A stretch of 64,000 nucleotides of DNA from Pseudogracilibacillus sp. GTDB taxonomy: Bacteria > Bacillota > Bacilli > Bacillales > Amphibacillaceae. Of the stretch, positions 61,150-64,000 are shown one piece after another; position 1 is the stretch's first letter, and every line of letters starts with the position of its first letter. A model generated the notes under the pieces. It ran no database searches. It saw only the letters and a list, made by a program, of their open reading frames with translations, and was not told the DNA's origin. Location of the stretch: contig DATGUH010000153.1 in NCBI GenBank assembly GCA_035301445.1, forward strand, positions 8,196 to 72,195, in the 5' to 3' direction. The position numbers and the translations under genes were made by a program.

Positions 61150-62031
61150 CTAAGGTTTTACGAGTGGACGCTGGAAAGGCTTCCATTTTAGTTTTGTTTC
61201 AGCAATAATGATTGCGAAGAATATGATGATGGCACCAATCGTCATGCGCCATGTTAACACTTCACTTAATAATAAAACAGAGAAAAAAGTTCCCCACAAT
61301 GCTTCTGTCGATAAAATAATTGCAGCTTTCGTTTCTGTAATGAATTTTTGAGCCGCAGTTTGCAACACATAGGCAATTGTCGTTGAAAAAATCCCTAAGT
61401 AAACAAGTGGCATCAGTGCCTCCTGATGCATCGCAAAATGCATTTCCCCTTTTAGTCCTGTCACCATAAATCCGATACATGCTGCTGTTAGCATTTGCAT
61501 TAATGTTAATGCAATTGGATCCTCTTCACGCACAAAACGTGCCGTGTAAAAAATATGACATGCAAATGCTACTGCACATAATAATGTTAACAAATCACCG
61601 ATATTCATTTCGCCGTTCAATTGCAAACTAAGTAACGCAATTCCGATAATGGATAAAATAGCGCCCATTAATTCAAACAAGTCAATTTTTCGCTTATAAA
61701 ATAAAAATCCGATAAACGGAACGATGACAACATTAACCGCTGTTAAAAAGGCGTTTTTAGAAGGAGTTGTATATTGTAAACCGACTGTTTGCAGAGCAAA
61801 CGCAATGTACAAAATTGTACCGAGAAGCAGACCTTTCATCATTGTTCGCTTCTTCATACTTTTTACGCTCTTATGAAAGCATACACTTAATAATACAACA
61901 CCTATTAAAAAACGGCCCGCCAAAATTTGGTAAGGCGTATAAAATTCTAATGCCATTGCGCTAGCAGCGAATCCGCTTCCCCAAATAATTGCTGTTAGCG
62001 TTAACCCCAATTCCCCAATATATTTTTTCAT
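61150..62031 (-). CDS. DMT/EamA family transporter
   Basis: IWGSGF, QTVGLQYTTPSKNAFLT, GDLLTL, AQK...KAAII.STE. Confidence 0.9.
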   Translation of the reverse strand: MKKYIGELGLTLTAIIWGSGFAASAMALEFYTPYQILAGRFLIGVVLLSVCFHKSVKSMKKRTMMKGLLLGTILYIAFALQTVGLQYTTPSKNAFLTAVNVVIVPFIGFLFYKRKIDLFELMGAILSIIGIALLSLQLNGEMNIGDLLTLLCAVAFACHIFYTARFVREEDPIALTLMQMLTAACIGFMVTGLKGEMHFAMHQEALMPLVYLGIFSTTIAYVLQTAAQKFITETKAAIILSTEALWGTFFSVLLLSEVLTWRMTIGAIIIFFAIIIAETKLKWKPFQRPLVKP

Positions 62032-62063
62032 GAACTGTTCTCCCTAAGCTGTTTTTCTCGATT

Positions 62064-62672
62064 TTATTCGTCCAATCTTTTTTTCAATAAACTTTGCACA
62101 ACATGTGCTCTTCCAGTATGTAAAACGCCTTCATATCGCGTCACTTCTCCAATATAAAAATGGGCAAAGAAATACGACTCAAACGCCTCTAATATCATTT
62201 TGGGATCAATCAACATGGAAGCCACTGGTGGTCCTCCTGTACCATAGCGTAATTGTTCTTTTGTATACATTTCGCTAACATAATAGCCACCTACTTTTAA
62301 TGCCTGATTGATCCCCTTAAACGTACGCTGTAAAATGGGCTCAGGCACATGTCCAAAAATGTGCACAATAGCATCCCATTGTTCTGTTCCCCACTCCACA
62401 TCTTCCAAGTCACGTAAAGCTGTTTCAACATGAACGCCATGTTCTTCAGCTAATGTTTTCGTTTTATCTAACCCAGATTGTGCATAATCCCAAGCAGTCA
62501 CTGAAAACCCTTGCTTTGCCAAGTAAACAGCATTCCTACCTTCGCCTTCTGCAATACATAATACGTTCCCACCTGCCGGCAATTTATCCACAATATCTGT
62601 TACAAATGTATTCGGTGCTTTTCCATATATATACGTTTCTGATAAAAATCGTTCATGCCATTCATTCGCCAT
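62064..62672 (-). CDS. Class I SAM-dependent methyltransferase (TehB-like)
   Basis: WHERF...YIYGKAPN, LCIAEGEGRNAVYLA, GTGGPP. Confidence 0.87.
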   Translation of the reverse strand: MANEWHERFLSETYIYGKAPNTFVTDIVDKLPAGGNVLCIAEGEGRNAVYLAKQGFSVTAWDYAQSGLDKTKTLAEEHGVHVETALRDLEDVEWGTEQWDAIVHIFGHVPEPILQRTFKGINQALKVGGYYVSEMYTKEQLRYGTGGPPVASMLIDPKMILEAFESYFFAHFYIGEVTRYEGVLHTGRAHVVQSLLKKRLDE

Positions 62673-62726
62673 TAATGAACACTCCTTTTCCTCATCTATC
62701 GTATCAAAAGTGACGAACAGAAGGCA

Positions 62727-64000
62727 TTATTTCCGCTTATAGCGAACTTCTTCTGCAATGATTGTCATCTCTACTGTTGCTTGAACAATTTCTTCCTCCG
62801 GAACCGTGAATAAATCCCGGTCTAAAATCGTAAAATCTGCATCATAGCCAACATCAATTTTACCGCGAACATGTGCCAATCCAATTGTCGCTGCACTTCC
62901 TGTCGTAAATAACTGTACAGCTTCATAACGCGTTAACTTCTCTTCTGGTAAATACCCCGAATGCGTTTCTCCAATTTTTCTTCTCGTCACCGCTGCATAA
63001 ATACCATAAAGTGGATTCACATCTTCAATGGGTGCGTCCGAACCTGCTCCACAAATAAATCCTTTATCGATTAGTTTCCGCCAAGCGTAGGCCCAGTCTA
63101 ATCGATTTTTACCGAGTCGTCCCATCACCCATGGAAAATCAGAGGAGACAAAAACTGGTTGAATATCCAATACAATAGGTAATGCCAACATTCTTTCAAC
63201 AAGTTCATCACTTAATACATTCACATGAATGAGTCGATCGCGCTTTCCATAACTAGGTGGATATTTTTCGAGCAAATGAACAATTTTTTCGACCGCTCCA
63301 TCACCAATCGCATGGACGGCAACCGCTTCACCATAAGCACGTGCCATTTTAACAAGTTGCTCAATTTCTTCATCTGTGTGGACCGCAATGCCTTTCGTTT
63401 CTAATGCGTCACAGTATGGCGCTCGTAATAATGCTGTTCTTCCGCCAAGGGAACCATCGATAAAAAACTTCATTTCTCCTAATGTTAACCATGGCTGTGC
63501 AACTGTAATATCATCTTCCATCATTTGTTGGAAAACGGTGGAACGGCGGAGTAAATGCGCCCGAAAAGGATTGTCATCCGTCACGACTTGTTTAAAAGCT
63601 TGTAACGGTCTTTCATAGCTTGCATAATACCCAAGATCATCTGTCACGGCTCCTGTTAAACCTACAGACAATAAATGGTCGACAGCTATACGTAATGAGG
63701 TCGTTAATTGGTTCACCGTTGGTTCTGCCAATAATTGAAACACCAATTGTTGTGCCCCTTCCAATAAATAACCTGTCGCATGTCCCGCTTCATCACGAAC
63801 AATTTCACCATCATCAGGATTTTTGGTTTGATCATCTATATTTGCCAACTGTAAAGCTGTTTCATTTACTAAAGCGGCATGCCTACAAGTTCTTTTAAGA
63901 TAAATCGGATTTTCTGTTACCTCATTTAATTGCTTTGCCGTTGGAATCATGTTCTCTTCAAATTGGTTTTCATCCCATCCTTCGCCAATTAACCATTCAT
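62727..64000 (-). CDS. YtcJ-like amidohydrolase (5' part outside window)
   Basis: Frame open to the window edge (..EWLIGEGWDENQF..); KFFIDGSLGGRTA, HAIGD, RLIH, GSDAPIE, ADFTILD. Confidence 0.9.
   Translation of the reverse strand, partial: EWLIGEGWDENQFEENMIPTAKQLNEVTENPIYLKRTCRHAALVNETALQLANIDDQTKNPDDGEIVRDEAGHATGYLLEGAQQLVFQLLAEPTVNQLTTSLRIAVDHLLSVGLTGAVTDDLGYYASYERPLQAFKQVVTDDNPFRAHLLRRSTVFQQMMEDDITVAQPWLTLGEMKFFIDGSLGGRTALLRAPYCDALETKGIAVHTDEEIEQLVKMARAYGEAVAVHAIGDGAVEKIVHLLEKYPPSYGKRDRLIHVNVLSDELVERMLALPIVLDIQPVFVSSDFPWVMGRLGKNRLDWAYAWRKLIDKGFICGAGSDAPIEDVNPLYGIYAAVTRRKIGETHSGYLPEEKLTRYEAVQLFTTGSAATIGLAHVRGKIDVGYDADFTILDRDLFTVPEEEIVQATVEMTIIAEEVRYKRK

Overview
Low-GC Bacillales chromosome segment; gene content suggests a Planococcaceae/Sporosarcina-like organism (inference). 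Positions 1-6002 are the tnsA-proximal (right) end of a Tn7-like transposon: tnsA-tnsB-tnsC-tnsD on the minus strand, with tnsD running off the window. The end is intact (TGT terminus, four 20-bp TnsB sites) and sits inside an alpha/beta-hydrolase gene, truncating it, rather than behind glmS. The rest is mostly housekeeping or accessory chromosome: DNA repair/sanitising genes, an Opu ABC transporter, a ComK homologue with a repeat-rich N-terminal extension, niaP, Fur-regulated yclNOPQ, an HflXr-like GTPase, putP, fumC, nfeD-floT, pit, a csp gene, MMPL, purC, a GGDEF protein, an AAC(6')-Ie-like GNAT, rlmI and an Mta-like MerR regulator. The most unusual features are: (i) a non-coding array of about 17-18 units with 21-bp period (conserved 9-bp core, variable 12-bp linker) behind the csp terminator; (ii) a Dph6-like ligase gene in an apparent operon with a Tet/EF-G-like GTPase whose domain IV loop resembles the EF-2 diphthamide loop; (iii) two copies of a composite of an ISLre2-like leader and a GC-rich hairpin repeat; (iv) the gene-disrupting Tn7 insertion with an RBS-occluding hairpin. 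No rRNA, tRNA or CRISPR-Cas was seen. Family assignments come from motif recognition and recalled homologue sequences; no database search was run.
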